Positions 40,225-49,421 of a DNA stretch of 64,000 bases are shown here, in pieces. Location: contig CAAGED010000012.1 of NCBI GenBank assembly GCA_900768505.1, forward strand, positions 44,062-108,061. Reading direction: 5' to 3'. The notes beneath the pieces are model-generated. The model did not search any database. It worked only from the letters and a program-made list of their open reading frames with translations, and was not told where the DNA came from. Numbering within the stretch: position 1 is the first letter of the stretch; every line of letters begins with the position of its first letter. This DNA is from Lentisphaeria bacterium (GTDB lineage Bacteria > Verrucomicrobiota > Lentisphaeria > Victivallales > Victivallaceae). The position numbers were made by a program, and so were the translations under genes.

Positions 40225-42213
40225 TTACACAAACCCCCAGGAGCGGGCGACAAAACGCATTTCCGCTGAATCATTCGCCTCACCCAAGGTAAACGTCAAC
40301 TCCTGATCACTCATTTTCACGGCTGCTGAGTCGCCGGATGAATAACTGCCGTCTGGCAGGTGTTCCGGAGTTGTTCCCCCGGATGGCGCCAGTGCCTCAA
40401 CCTGATAGAGGCCATTCGGCGGAATCAGCGCATCGTTGCCGGCCGGTCCGACATATCCATTGAAACCATATTGAATACTAACTTTTGTGTATACATTTTT
40501 AACCCATGGATTGGGATCGCCAGGTTGCCAATTATAAGTGCTCGGCGGAATCGGCGGGCCTGGATTGCGGGATAATCCCCGTGGCGTCAGCAAATCAGCC
40601 GATCCGGAATAAAAATTATCGCCGATATAATAATCGGGATAAGTCACCGTGCCGGGGACGAAAATCTCCTCGATACCGCTGCCAAGAGCATTGGATAAGA
40701 ACCACTTGCCACTACCGGAATCATACCACAAATAATTGTTTCCGGAATGATAATAATATTCGCCGTTACAGCCGTTACGCACAATGGGCAGCCGCAAAAT
40801 CTTCCACTGGGTTATTTCATTTACAACGCGGGAAAATTTCAGGTGCGCCACGCCAAAATTACGATCGATTCGCCAAACATTGTCAATACGGTAAAGGTAG
40901 AGGTTTTCGAGGGCATTAACGTAAATAGCCTCCGGTCCGTTATCCTTGCAGTCATTGACAATTTTACCCCGATAATACCAGACACGCCCCAATGAATCAG
41001 TCAATACCGGCTGACGATCGCTGGCCGCGACAAACATGGAGCCGGGCTTGGGCGAATCGCCCGGCAATGAATCCAGCAGCACTAAACTGCCTTCAACCCC
41101 GAATTCATTTCGTTCGTATGCCGTTAAATTCGGCCAGGCCTGACACTTCGGGAAGCTGCTTACCCTGACAATCCAATTCCAGCCGGGAGCAATATGCATA
41201 AAGTCGAAATTGCTGATTTTCAGCTTATTGTTTTCGTTTAGCACCTCAATATTGTTTCCAGGTACAATTTTATCGGCCAAAAACCCCGGCGTCGGGTCGA
41301 TGGAATCAACTTTCACCTGATATGAATCAGAAAATGTATTGTCCACAATATCTCCGAAGTGAAGGCGGCGGCAACTAAAATTTTTTCCGTCAATTACAAT
41401 CAGCGGTATCTGGCGCCGCCGTGAATCATTCCTTTCCCCTAATTCCGTCGTTATGCCGGCATTATTTACATTGCCGGAGTCGGTGTAGAGGTATTCACAA
41501 AAAATTTCCAGTTGCGCGGTCTCGTCCAAGGCGAAACTTTTTCCAGTCACGGCATATTCCCGCCCCGGAAGCAAAATTTTGCCACCCCTAAGTTGAACGG
41601 AGGCAATTTTTACCTTACTCATATCCAAAACATGAGTTGTATCTCCCAGCTCCACCTGGCAAATGGGAGCAAAAGGGGAATCCACGTCGTTTTCACTGGA
41701 GTAAATATCCCCCTTCTGCCGCTGCGTAAGTACCTTATAACTGAACCCGGTGTCCCGGGCTGCGACCCGCACCTCCCCCAGTTGAAAGGCTTGAAAACCA
41801 TTTACCCGGGGCATTTGCAAAAGCGTACTACCGGTATCGGCGGCGTAAAAGCTCCCAGTCCACACCTCCTGCTCCGGCTCAAACTGACAAGCCAACCCGA
41901 TGGTGTAATCTCCGGCGGCGGTGAAGGCTACCGGCAAGACCAGATAATCCGTCTCCGGTTCAAACATATCCACGAAGCGGTTGGTTGTTCCGGAGAAATA
42001 AACCCTCCCCCAGCGAACCGCCAGTTGTGAATTGATGACTTCCAGTTTAAATTGTGACCTCTCACTGCCCCTCCCCGGTGGCAGCGGCATACTGATTCTG
42101 GCGCCGCATCCGGTATATTCCACGGCGATATTCTCCCCGGCCAGCGGCTTGTTGCGACGAATTAATTCCACCAAATGTGCGGCGGCCTCCTGCCATAAGT
42201 AGCAAAATTTCAT
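40225..42213 (-). CDS. Hypothetical protein, 662 aa, with a Gly/Tyr/Trp/Pro-rich C-terminal region
   Basis: A long ORF with no Walker motif. The C-terminus (YYYHSGNNYLWYDSGSGKWF...PGDPNPWVKNVYTKV...) resembles carbohydrate/surface-binding beta-rich domains. The start is 1 nt after the stop of the 440-aa ORF. Confidence 0.55.
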   Translation of the reverse strand: MKFCYLWQEAAAHLVELIRRNKPLAGENIAVEYTGCGARISMPLPPGRGSERSQFKLEVINSQLAVRWGRVYFSGTTNRFVDMFEPETDYLVLPVAFTAAGDYTIGLACQFEPEQEVWTGSFYAADTGSTLLQMPRVNGFQAFQLGEVRVAARDTGFSYKVLTQRQKGDIYSSENDVDSPFAPICQVELGDTTHVLDMSKVKIASVQLRGGKILLPGREYAVTGKSFALDETAQLEIFCEYLYTDSGNVNNAGITTELGERNDSRRRQIPLIVIDGKNFSCRRLHFGDIVDNTFSDSYQVKVDSIDPTPGFLADKIVPGNNIEVLNENNKLKISNFDFMHIAPGWNWIVRVSSFPKCQAWPNLTAYERNEFGVEGSLVLLDSLPGDSPKPGSMFVAASDRQPVLTDSLGRVWYYRGKIVNDCKDNGPEAIYVNALENLYLYRIDNVWRIDRNFGVAHLKFSRVVNEITQWKILRLPIVRNGCNGEYYYHSGNNYLWYDSGSGKWFLSNALGSGIEEIFVPGTVTYPDYYIGDNFYSGSADLLTPRGLSRNPGPPIPPSTYNWQPGDPNPWVKNVYTKVSIQYGFNGYVGPAGNDALIPPNGLYQVEALAPSGGTTPEHLPDGSYSSGDSAAVKMSDQELTFTLGEANDSAEMRFVARSWGFV

Positions 42214-42214
42214 A

Positions 42215-43471
42215 TTATTGCTCCTCCCAGAAAACCGAATTCCAACTCAAATTATCCGGCGCCACCCGGTAGTGTCTTATAACCCGGGTGTAAACCTCCC
42301 CTTCGTTATCCAAAACATCTTCCGCCTGCTGCTCCTCCCGGAGAAAACTGCCGGACAAATCTCCTACCTTTCCCTCAAAAACCCGGCTTCTCCACCAGGA
42401 AGCAATTTCGTTCAGATGAGTGGCGACGGAGTTTTTCCAGAAAATGGTTTCGACAATAAGCATGGTTTTCAACGGGTTTTCAATCAGATGCGCCGCCAGT
42501 GGTTCCGCGGTAATAAACGGACACTGAAGATCCGGATCCCAGGGCGACAACACGGCGAAATTTTCTCCGTCAAAAAAATATCCGCACTGAGAGGCGGTGG
42601 GGCGAAATTCTCCAGCTCGCACAGCGAAGTCATGCCGTCCGGCCAAATTAGAACGGTCATCCAATGTGGAAAACTTGCGATTAACGGGCCAATATCCAGC
42701 CTTGGCCTCCAAGGTATATTCAAATTCATACGGTGAAATCAGCCGGTATTTCTGCGTGACAATATGTGCCAAACTCTCCGCCCACCCGGTACGAGCCTCG
42801 CCCCGCACCCAAGCGGTAAATTCGGTAATTTTATTTTGATGCACCCGCCATATTCCAGTGTAAAGTCGACTGCTGCGCACTGAACCATCGGGATTGTAGC
42901 CCAGGAACTGCTCATCACAACGCTTTTCCAGTAGCTTGATCCCGCATTGCTGCGCCTGAAGCGTGACAATCCATTCTCCGCCCCGACGCCCGGCATCAAT
43001 CCGGCGGCAAAAATAATTCTCGCCACCCCAGGTCAATGGATCGCCGATATCCGGAAAAAAAACTTCCGGATTTTCGCCGGAGAAACGGAATTGCGCCGTT
43101 TTAAGTTGTTCTCCGTCGGGAGAAATGGTGATTTTCTGATTTAGCAGCTCCTGCAAGGCGTTTCCGGCGGCGGGGATGCCGGTGATGTTCACCTCATAAA
43201 TATGACGGCTGAGGGAATTTGCCGTCACCTGCCCGATGATATAGTTGTCATCCAGCGTGTATCCAATGGAATCCGCTGTGGGCAATTTAAAAGGGTCGCC
43301 GATTTGTCCGGCCCAGTTCAGCGCCTCGGCATGGAAATCCTGCCAATTTGCCGGAGTTGATTCACTGTCAACTGCGGGGGGGTCAAAAATCAACTGCCAC
43401 TTGGCGCTTTTAGTCAAATCACCGGAATCCGAGAGGGTAAAATCAATATTTCCCAGGTGCAAAAGACGCAT
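42215..43471 (-). CDS. Hypothetical protein (1st gene of the coupled operon)
   Basis: The ORF track gives 42215..43537 (TTG start). I prefer the internal ATG at 43471 (MRLLHLGNIDF), which has a perfect SD AAGGAG 7 nt upstream. No recognisable motif. Confidence 0.55.
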   Translation of the reverse strand: MRLLHLGNIDFTLSDSGDLTKSAKWQLIFDPPAVDSESTPANWQDFHAEALNWAGQIGDPFKLPTADSIGYTLDDNYIIGQVTANSLSRHIYEVNITGIPAAGNALQELLNQKITISPDGEQLKTAQFRFSGENPEVFFPDIGDPLTWGGENYFCRRIDAGRRGGEWIVTLQAQQCGIKLLEKRCDEQFLGYNPDGSVRSSRLYTGIWRVHQNKITEFTAWVRGEARTGWAESLAHIVTQKYRLISPYEFEYTLEAKAGYWPVNRKFSTLDDRSNLAGRHDFAVRAGEFRPTASQCGYFFDGENFAVLSPWDPDLQCPFITAEPLAAHLIENPLKTMLIVETIFWKNSVATHLNEIASWWRSRVFEGKVGDLSGSFLREEQQAEDVLDNEGEVYTRVIRHYRVAPDNLSWNSVFWEEQ

Positions 43472-43663
43472 AATAATCTCCTTGAAAATGTTTAAAAGGT
43501 TAATCGAAAACTTTTTGCAACGCCAAGAAAATGCCAAATGTCAACCGTTTGATGGTTAAAATAAGAGTAAATAAATGATGTCTTAGATTGAAATTTACAA
43601 AAGCGGCGGTATATTATTAAAAACTTGAGTATTAAAATATCCAACTATTAAGGAGTTTTACAG

Positions 43664-44746
43664 ATGGCTACATATAATTTCAGCGCAGGCCCGGCCATGT
43701 TGCCGCCGGAAGTCATGAAGATTGCTCAGGAAGAATTTTGCAATTACCGCAATTCTGGTAGCGGCATCATGGAATTGTCCCACCGCGGCGCTCTTTTTGA
43801 CGAAGTTATCAAGCGCGCCGAGCAGAATGTTCGCGATATTCTTGGGGTCAGCGACGAGTATGCCGTATGTTTCGTTCAGGGCGGTGCAAGCATGCAGTTC
43901 GCCATGTTGGCCATGAATTTGCTCAAGGCCGATCAGACGGCCGATTATGCTGACACCGGCGTATGGTCTGCCAAAGCGGCCAAAGAGGCCAAGCTTTTCG
44001 GTAAAGTAAATATGGTTTGCTCCAGCAAAGAGACCAAATACGACCACATTCCGGCGTTTGACACATGGAATACCACCGACAATGCGGCATATTTGCACAT
44101 CACCAGCAACAACACCGTTGCCGGCACCCAGTACCGCAGTTTCCCGCAGATGAAGCCGGGCGTAACTTTGATTGCCGATATGTCCAGCGATATTATGTCC
44201 CGTGAGTTTGACGTTAATCAGTTTGGTTTGATTTACGCCGGTGCCCAGAAGAATTTGGGTCCCAGCGGCGTGGCATTGGTAATCATCCGTAAGGATTTGC
44301 TTGAACGCACTCCGGAAACGGTTCCGACCATGTTGCGTTACGCCACCTACGCCAACGAAGGCTCGCTCTACAACACTCCGCCGACCTACTCCATCTACAT
44401 GTTGGCGTTGGTAACCGACTGGGTCAAGAATTTGGGCGGCATCAAGGCGATCGAAAAATTGAATAACGCCAAGGCGGCCAAACTTTACGCTTACTTGGAT
44501 TCCAGCGACTTCTACCGCACCCCGGTACAAGTTGATAGCCGTTCACGGATGAACGTGGTATGGCGTTTGCCCAGCGAGGAATTGGAAGCCCAATTCGTCA
44601 AAGAGGCCTCCAAGCTGGGCTTGACCGGTTTGAAGGGGCACCGTCTGGTTGGCGGTATCCGTGCCAGCATCTACAATGCGATGCCGATGGCCGGAGTCGA
44701 CACTTTGATTGATTTCATGACCGAATTTGCCCGCAAAAACGGCTAA
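43664..44746 (+). CDS. serC: 3-phosphoserine/phosphohydroxythreonine aminotransferase
   Basis: 360 aa. The N-terminus MATYNFSAGPAMLPPEVMK and the length are typical of SerC (a PLP enzyme). SD AAGGAG lies upstream. Confidence 0.9.
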   Translation: MATYNFSAGPAMLPPEVMKIAQEEFCNYRNSGSGIMELSHRGALFDEVIKRAEQNVRDILGVSDEYAVCFVQGGASMQFAMLAMNLLKADQTADYADTGVWSAKAAKEAKLFGKVNMVCSSKETKYDHIPAFDTWNTTDNAAYLHITSNNTVAGTQYRSFPQMKPGVTLIADMSSDIMSREFDVNQFGLIYAGAQKNLGPSGVALVIIRKDLLERTPETVPTMLRYATYANEGSLYNTPPTYSIYMLALVTDWVKNLGGIKAIEKLNNAKAAKLYAYLDSSDFYRTPVQVDSRSRMNVVWRLPSEELEAQFVKEASKLGLTGLKGHRLVGGIRASIYNAMPMAGVDTLIDFMTEFARKNG

Positions 44747-44975
44747 ATAAATTCAAAGATTTCGCCATACGGAGTCAGAGCCGGATGGCGGAATTATAAA
44801 AACAAGAGATTGCCGGTAACTTGGTGATGGCGAGGATGGAATATCCTTCCCATTTGCCGGATTGGAAACAATCCGGTGAATAACTGAGTCCGGCATCTTG
44901 TTTTTTAGAGAAAACGAATTATTTTATAATTTATGTAAGAAGAAAATTTAAACTATTATTCAAAGGAAAAATGAT

Positions 44976-45611
44976 ATGTATTTAGGACGCATTGTGGCGA
45001 TTGCCATGAATAAAGAGGGTAACGTTTCGGCACTCTACCGGGTAAGCTCCCGTTCATTTCCCAATCGCGAAACCGTGCGCAAGGACGACATTGTTTCAGT
45101 GATGCCCCGGGCTGGCTTTGAAGATGACCTGAAGAAGAATCCGTATATCACCTACAACTGCGTCCGTTTTGCCGGCAGCTGGGCAGTAGTTTCCAACGGG
45201 GCTCAAACCGACCCGATTGCGGAAAAAATTGCCATGGGATACCCAGTGCGGGATGCCATGACAATTGGCTTACTGGCCATGGATTATGAAAAAGATTCCT
45301 ACAACACACCGCGGATTGTGGCAGCGGTGGATTCCAAGAGCAATGTGGGGTATTTGGGGATTGTGCGCCACGATGCAGTGGCGGTTCGCCCCTTTGAATT
45401 AACGCCGGGCAAGTTGTTTTACCTCTCAACTTATGAGAAAAATTTCCCTTGTCAGCACAATTTCGACGGAAATTTTGATGCGGAAACCGCTGAAGCGGCC
45501 TGCCGTTATTCAATTGACGGCGGCGTATTTGCCGACTTTTCAAATCCGGTTACGGCGGCGGCAGTGCTGCTGAACGGAGAGAAATTTGAATTGGCAACCA
45601 TGAACGCCTGA
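44976..45611 (+). CDS. purO: IMP cyclohydrolase, archaeal PurO type
   Basis: 211 aa. MYLGRIVAIAMNKEGNVSALYRVSSRSFPNRE...NPYITYNC...LLAMDYEKD...TPRIVAAVD...HPVTAAAVL closely follows the PurO family pattern. Confidence 0.75.
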   Translation: MYLGRIVAIAMNKEGNVSALYRVSSRSFPNRETVRKDDIVSVMPRAGFEDDLKKNPYITYNCVRFAGSWAVVSNGAQTDPIAEKIAMGYPVRDAMTIGLLAMDYEKDSYNTPRIVAAVDSKSNVGYLGIVRHDAVAVRPFELTPGKLFYLSTYEKNFPCQHNFDGNFDAETAEAACRYSIDGGVFADFSNPVTAAAVLLNGEKFELATMNA

Positions 45612-45773
45612 TAAACATTTAATTATCGCCAATGACCGTCGATTGAGTTTTTACTCAAAACAAGGTGCCGGGGAGAGAATATTTTCCAAAAAAATTTAAT
45701 CTCCGGCAATTTTAGTGTCTAATTACAAGAATTAAAATTCTCATTTTCCAAAACAAATTCCGGAGCTAAAAAT

Positions 45774-47804
45774 ATGGAAGCACTGCTAAATCAATTGAAT
45801 CCGCCGCAACAGCAGGCCGTTCGCACCATTGAAGGACCGGTATTGGTTTTAGCCGGTGCCGGAACCGGCAAGACCAGAGTAATCACCTACCGGATCGCCT
45901 ACATGATTTCTCAGGGAATAAACCCCAGGAGCATTTTGGGCATGACCTTTACCAACAAGGCGGCCCGGGAGATGCGGGAGCGTCTGGCGGAATTGGTTCC
46001 AACTAAACAGGCGGAGCAGGTGACCTTGGGTACGTTCCACTCTTTCTGCGTCAAATTGCTGCGCCATGAAATAAAACTGCTCAACTTTTTGCCCAGCTTC
46101 ACCATCGCCGACGAAACCGATATGCAGGGATTAATGAAGCAGGCCATGGCGGCCAAGGGTTTCACCAAAGATGACATCTCCATGACTGATGTGGCCTCCT
46201 ACATCGGGAAACAAAAAAACCAGCTGATTTTCCCTCCAGAAAGCAAAAAACAGGCGGAAAACGATTATGTTTACGACATGGCGCAGATTTACGAAGAGTA
46301 TCAAAATCTGCTGGAATTGCAGAACATGATTGATTTTGACGACATGCTGATGTTGAGTTACAAAATACTCACCCAATTTCCGGAGGTGCTGGAAAAATAC
46401 CGGGCGCACTACCAGTATTTGCTAGTGGACGAGTACCAGGACACCAACGATGCACAGTTTGAACTTATTCGCCTGCTTTCCGAACCTCGCTGCAATCTTT
46501 GCGTAGTCGGCGACGATGACCAGAGTATTTACGGCTGGCGTGGAGCCAATGTGGGTAACATTCTGGATTTTCCAAATCGTTTTCCCGGAGCGGCGGAGAT
46601 TCGTCTGGAGCAGAATTACCGTTCCACCAACAATATTCTTATGGCGGCCAACCGGGTGATTTCCCGCAATACCAACCGCTTCAACAAGAGTTTGTGGTCG
46701 AATGGCGGTGAAGGCGATAAAATTACGCTGGTTCGCACCAGCAATGCGGAGGAGGAGGCCGATATGATTGCCAATTACATTGCCGGCACTCATGGAGAAA
46801 ACCCGGCGGTAAAATACTCCTCTTTTGCTATTCTCTACCGTTCCAACCATCTCTCCCGGCAGTTGGAACAAAGTCTGCGCAGTGCCGGAGTTCCCTACCG
46901 GTTAGTGGGGGGGCAGGAGTTTTTCAAACGCAAAGAGATCAAAGATGCCGCCGCATATTTGAAATTATTGGCCAATCCGCGGGATGATCAGAGCTTATTG
47001 CGAATATTGCCGATACCGCCCCGGGGGCTGGCGGAAAAGGCGGTAAATTTAATGAAAGAACGCAAGTTTGCCAGCCGCGCCCCAATGTGCGAAATTCTCA
47101 GCGACGAAGAATTTCATAAAACACTTGGCACACGCGGCGCCACTTCAGCCCGAGAGTTAACCGGTTGCATGACCCACTACCGCAAAGTATTTGAAGAGGC
47201 GGGAGAATTAGCCTGCAAGGTACGCAATTTTTTGAAGGACGTGGGATACTTGGACGGCTTGCAAAAAATCTACAAGGATTTGGACGACTCGCTGAAACGC
47301 CGTGAGAACGTGGATGAATTTATCAACGCCATCGCCCAATTCGAAAAGAAAAATTCCAAACCGGTCACATTGGGTGACTTTTTGGAGAGTTTTGCACTGC
47401 TGGAGGAGAACGACCGTACCGAGGATAAAAGTCAAGATGGTGATGCCGTGACCTTGAGTACAATTCATGCGGCCAAAGGGTTGGAATACCCAACCGTATT
47501 CCTGCCGGCACTGGAACGGGATATTTTTCCGCATGAACGCGCCATCATGGAGGGATCCACTGACGAGGAACTGCGCCTTTTTTATGTAGCCATCACCCGT
47601 GCCAAGAAGCAACTTTTCATAACTTACAGCCGCTACCGGATGCAGCGGGGGCGGGAGAGTCAGCAGTCGCCATCGCCATTTCTGCGTTTGTTGCCGGAGG
47701 AGTTAATTGAGGTAACACCGGCGGAAAATTTGATGAAAAAACTTAGTGCCGGTGATCTGAAAAACGCCTTCGAAAATATTTTTTCCATCTTGAACCGCAA
47801 ATAA
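45774..47804 (+). CDS. uvrD: ATP-dependent DNA helicase UvrD/PcrA family
   Basis: 676 aa. Walker A GAGTGKT and helicase motifs (DEYQDTN, VVGDDDQSIYGWRGA, TIHAAKGLE). Confidence 0.9.
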   Translation: MEALLNQLNPPQQQAVRTIEGPVLVLAGAGTGKTRVITYRIAYMISQGINPRSILGMTFTNKAAREMRERLAELVPTKQAEQVTLGTFHSFCVKLLRHEIKLLNFLPSFTIADETDMQGLMKQAMAAKGFTKDDISMTDVASYIGKQKNQLIFPPESKKQAENDYVYDMAQIYEEYQNLLELQNMIDFDDMLMLSYKILTQFPEVLEKYRAHYQYLLVDEYQDTNDAQFELIRLLSEPRCNLCVVGDDDQSIYGWRGANVGNILDFPNRFPGAAEIRLEQNYRSTNNILMAANRVISRNTNRFNKSLWSNGGEGDKITLVRTSNAEEEADMIANYIAGTHGENPAVKYSSFAILYRSNHLSRQLEQSLRSAGVPYRLVGGQEFFKRKEIKDAAAYLKLLANPRDDQSLLRILPIPPRGLAEKAVNLMKERKFASRAPMCEILSDEEFHKTLGTRGATSARELTGCMTHYRKVFEEAGELACKVRNFLKDVGYLDGLQKIYKDLDDSLKRRENVDEFINAIAQFEKKNSKPVTLGDFLESFALLEENDRTEDKSQDGDAVTLSTIHAAKGLEYPTVFLPALERDIFPHERAIMEGSTDEELRLFYVAITRAKKQLFITYSRYRMQRGRESQQSPSPFLRLLPEELIEVTPAENLMKKLSAGDLKNAFENIFSILNRK

Positions 47805-47949
47805 TTAGTCAAATTGCTTATGCAAAAGTCGTTTTTTTGTTCAGATAAGGCGGAAGATGTCATCTGTAGAGATGAGATCAAGGTTGAAAGCAACTAAATG
47901 TCCCACCAAGCGATTGTTTTTTTAAAATTTCCTGACAAACTGCCGAGAA

Positions 47950-48110
47950 AAATGGACAAAAACTTTGGGCAAATTATTAGTTTGAGTAAAAATCATGCTG
48001 ACAGGGGAAATTGGCAAAAAAACTTAGTCAAATTATAAGTTTGAGTAAAATCACGCTGACGGGGGAAAATGGGCAAAAAAAAACACCTGGGTCAAATTCT
48101 GAATTTGATG
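47950..48110. repeat. About 58-nt imperfect tandem direct repeat, ~2.7 copies, in the convergent intergenic region after uvrD
   Basis: Unit A is aaatggacaaaaactttgggcaaattattagtttgagtaaaaatcatgctgacaggggaa. Unit B is attggcaaaaaaacttagtcaaattataagtttgagtaaaatcacgctgacgggggaa. Unit C (partial) is aatgggcaaaaaaaaacacctgggtcaaattctgaatttgatg. Confidence 0.55.
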
Positions 48111-48195
48111 CGGCGAAAAAACAATGAAAATATAAAAAATTCAGTAAGCATAAAAATCCCGGAAGTTCTCCGAAAAAAACTTTATGCTTACCATA

Positions 48196-48756
48196 TCATA
48201 ATCTGAACTGGAGTTGCTTAATACACAAAAGACGGCCGGAAGCAGCGATATTCTTGCAAAAATCAACTGCTCCGTAGCCATATTTGCGCGCAGGATCCAG
48301 AATATAACTCAATTTCATAGTACGCTTTGCACCCCAAACGGCACTGCAAATTGTAATGTGCTGCAAATACTCCACCACGGCGGTCGAAACCGTCAAAGAA
48401 ATGTTTTCGGAATATCTGCCCGCGTCAAGCCACCCGAAAATTTTGCCGTCACTCAAAATACCGCTGATTGCGAAATGCAAATTACTGCACTCAAAATCAA
48501 GCAGCAATGAACTGAATGAGGTTATATCCAAGGGCCTCGTGGCTGAGAAATAAAATGTGGATACATCTTCGCTGAAAGAAAAAATTTCATCATTCAAGAT
48601 TGCCCGTTCGGCAACCGTCAAATCAAAATCATCCCCAATTAGGAGCTTTTCACAAGTTGCGGCAAAATCCAAGTCATCCGCTCCGGCGTCAGTCAGGCTA
48701 ACCGATGCCGGAACGATTTCTGAATCAGAATATTTGACTTGTTTTATGCTTAACAC
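48196..48756 (-). CDS. Hypothetical protein (186 aa)
   Basis: An ORF with no recognisable motif. It lies downstream of the small 84-aa gene on the same strand. Confidence 0.4.
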   Translation of the reverse strand: MLSIKQVKYSDSEIVPASVSLTDAGADDLDFAATCEKLLIGDDFDLTVAERAILNDEIFSFSEDVSTFYFSATRPLDITSFSSLLLDFECSNLHFAISGILSDGKIFGWLDAGRYSENISLTVSTAVVEYLQHITICSAVWGAKRTMKLSYILDPARKYGYGAVDFCKNIAASGRLLCIKQLQFRL

Positions 48757-48813
48757 TTGCTAAATTCCCAACTTGGAAAAGATCTTAATTATGCTGATAA
48801 CACTAAGAAGTTA

Positions 48814-49068
48814 TTACTTGGTAGCCTTGGCAGCATTTTCGTTTTTCTGGAGTACACCGGCTTCCAAGAGCTTGTCAATGAGCTGCTGCATGGAATTGAA
48901 GGCACCCAAAAAACCCTGGGGCGGCATAATAATGCGCTCGTTGACAACCGGAGTCGGAGCACTGCCGTCTTCGTTCGGCTGGAGGGTTACGAAATCAAAA
49001 CGAACCATCGCGCCTGCAAAGTGAATCTGACCAATACCGTCTGCGTAAATTTCTTTCTTGTCTGCCAT
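48814..49068 (-). CDS. Small hypothetical protein (84 aa) with a very strong RBS
   Basis: MADKKEIYADGIGQIHFAGAMVRFDFVTLQP... The SD AAAGGAAAGG lies 6-7 nt upstream, with an AT-rich promoter region above it. Confidence 0.5.
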   Translation of the reverse strand: MADKKEIYADGIGQIHFAGAMVRFDFVTLQPNEDGSAPTPVVNERIIMPPQGFLGAFNSMQQLIDKLLEAGVLQKNENAAKATK

Positions 49069-49421
49069 TTTAGAAGACCTTTCCTTTAAGTGTTTTTAGT
49101 CGGTCAACCCGATGCTCCAATATTTTTCAGGAGCAGCCTGAGGGGGTTAAACCAGTTGTTGTTTCTACCTTGCACGTTGTGCTTTTATAAGCTAATCAAC
49201 GTCTCAATATTGGCTAACTTAACACTTCAAAATCAAAATTCAACCCCGTCAAATACAAAAATTCACTTTTTTTCATTTTTTTTTACGCATTACTTTTTTT
49301 TCATATGAATTACCGGCTTTTTGCCTCAATTTATCACTTGTTTAGTCAAGTTAATGTGTTATTGTTATACCACAAGTTCTTTTCCGACTGTTTTGTAAAT
49401 ATTTTCATTCAGGAGCGATAT

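Noticed and set aside
43658-44530. 290-aa minus-strand ORF
   Set aside because: It is antisense to serC, which has unmistakable PLP-aminotransferase features and an SD. The same reasoning rejects 24188..24670(-) inside the MFP, 33366..34142(-) inside guaB, 36294..36737(+) inside the ABC gene, 46422..46871(-) and 47208..47612(-) inside uvrD, 49938..50405(-) inside the esterase, 54086..54808(+) inside PFOR, 60533..61138(+) inside the 816-aa gene, and 62399..63094(+) inside nudC.
47950-48110. Possible CRISPR array
   Set aside because: Only about 2.7 diverging units with no identical repeats and no unique spacers. No cas genes are present.
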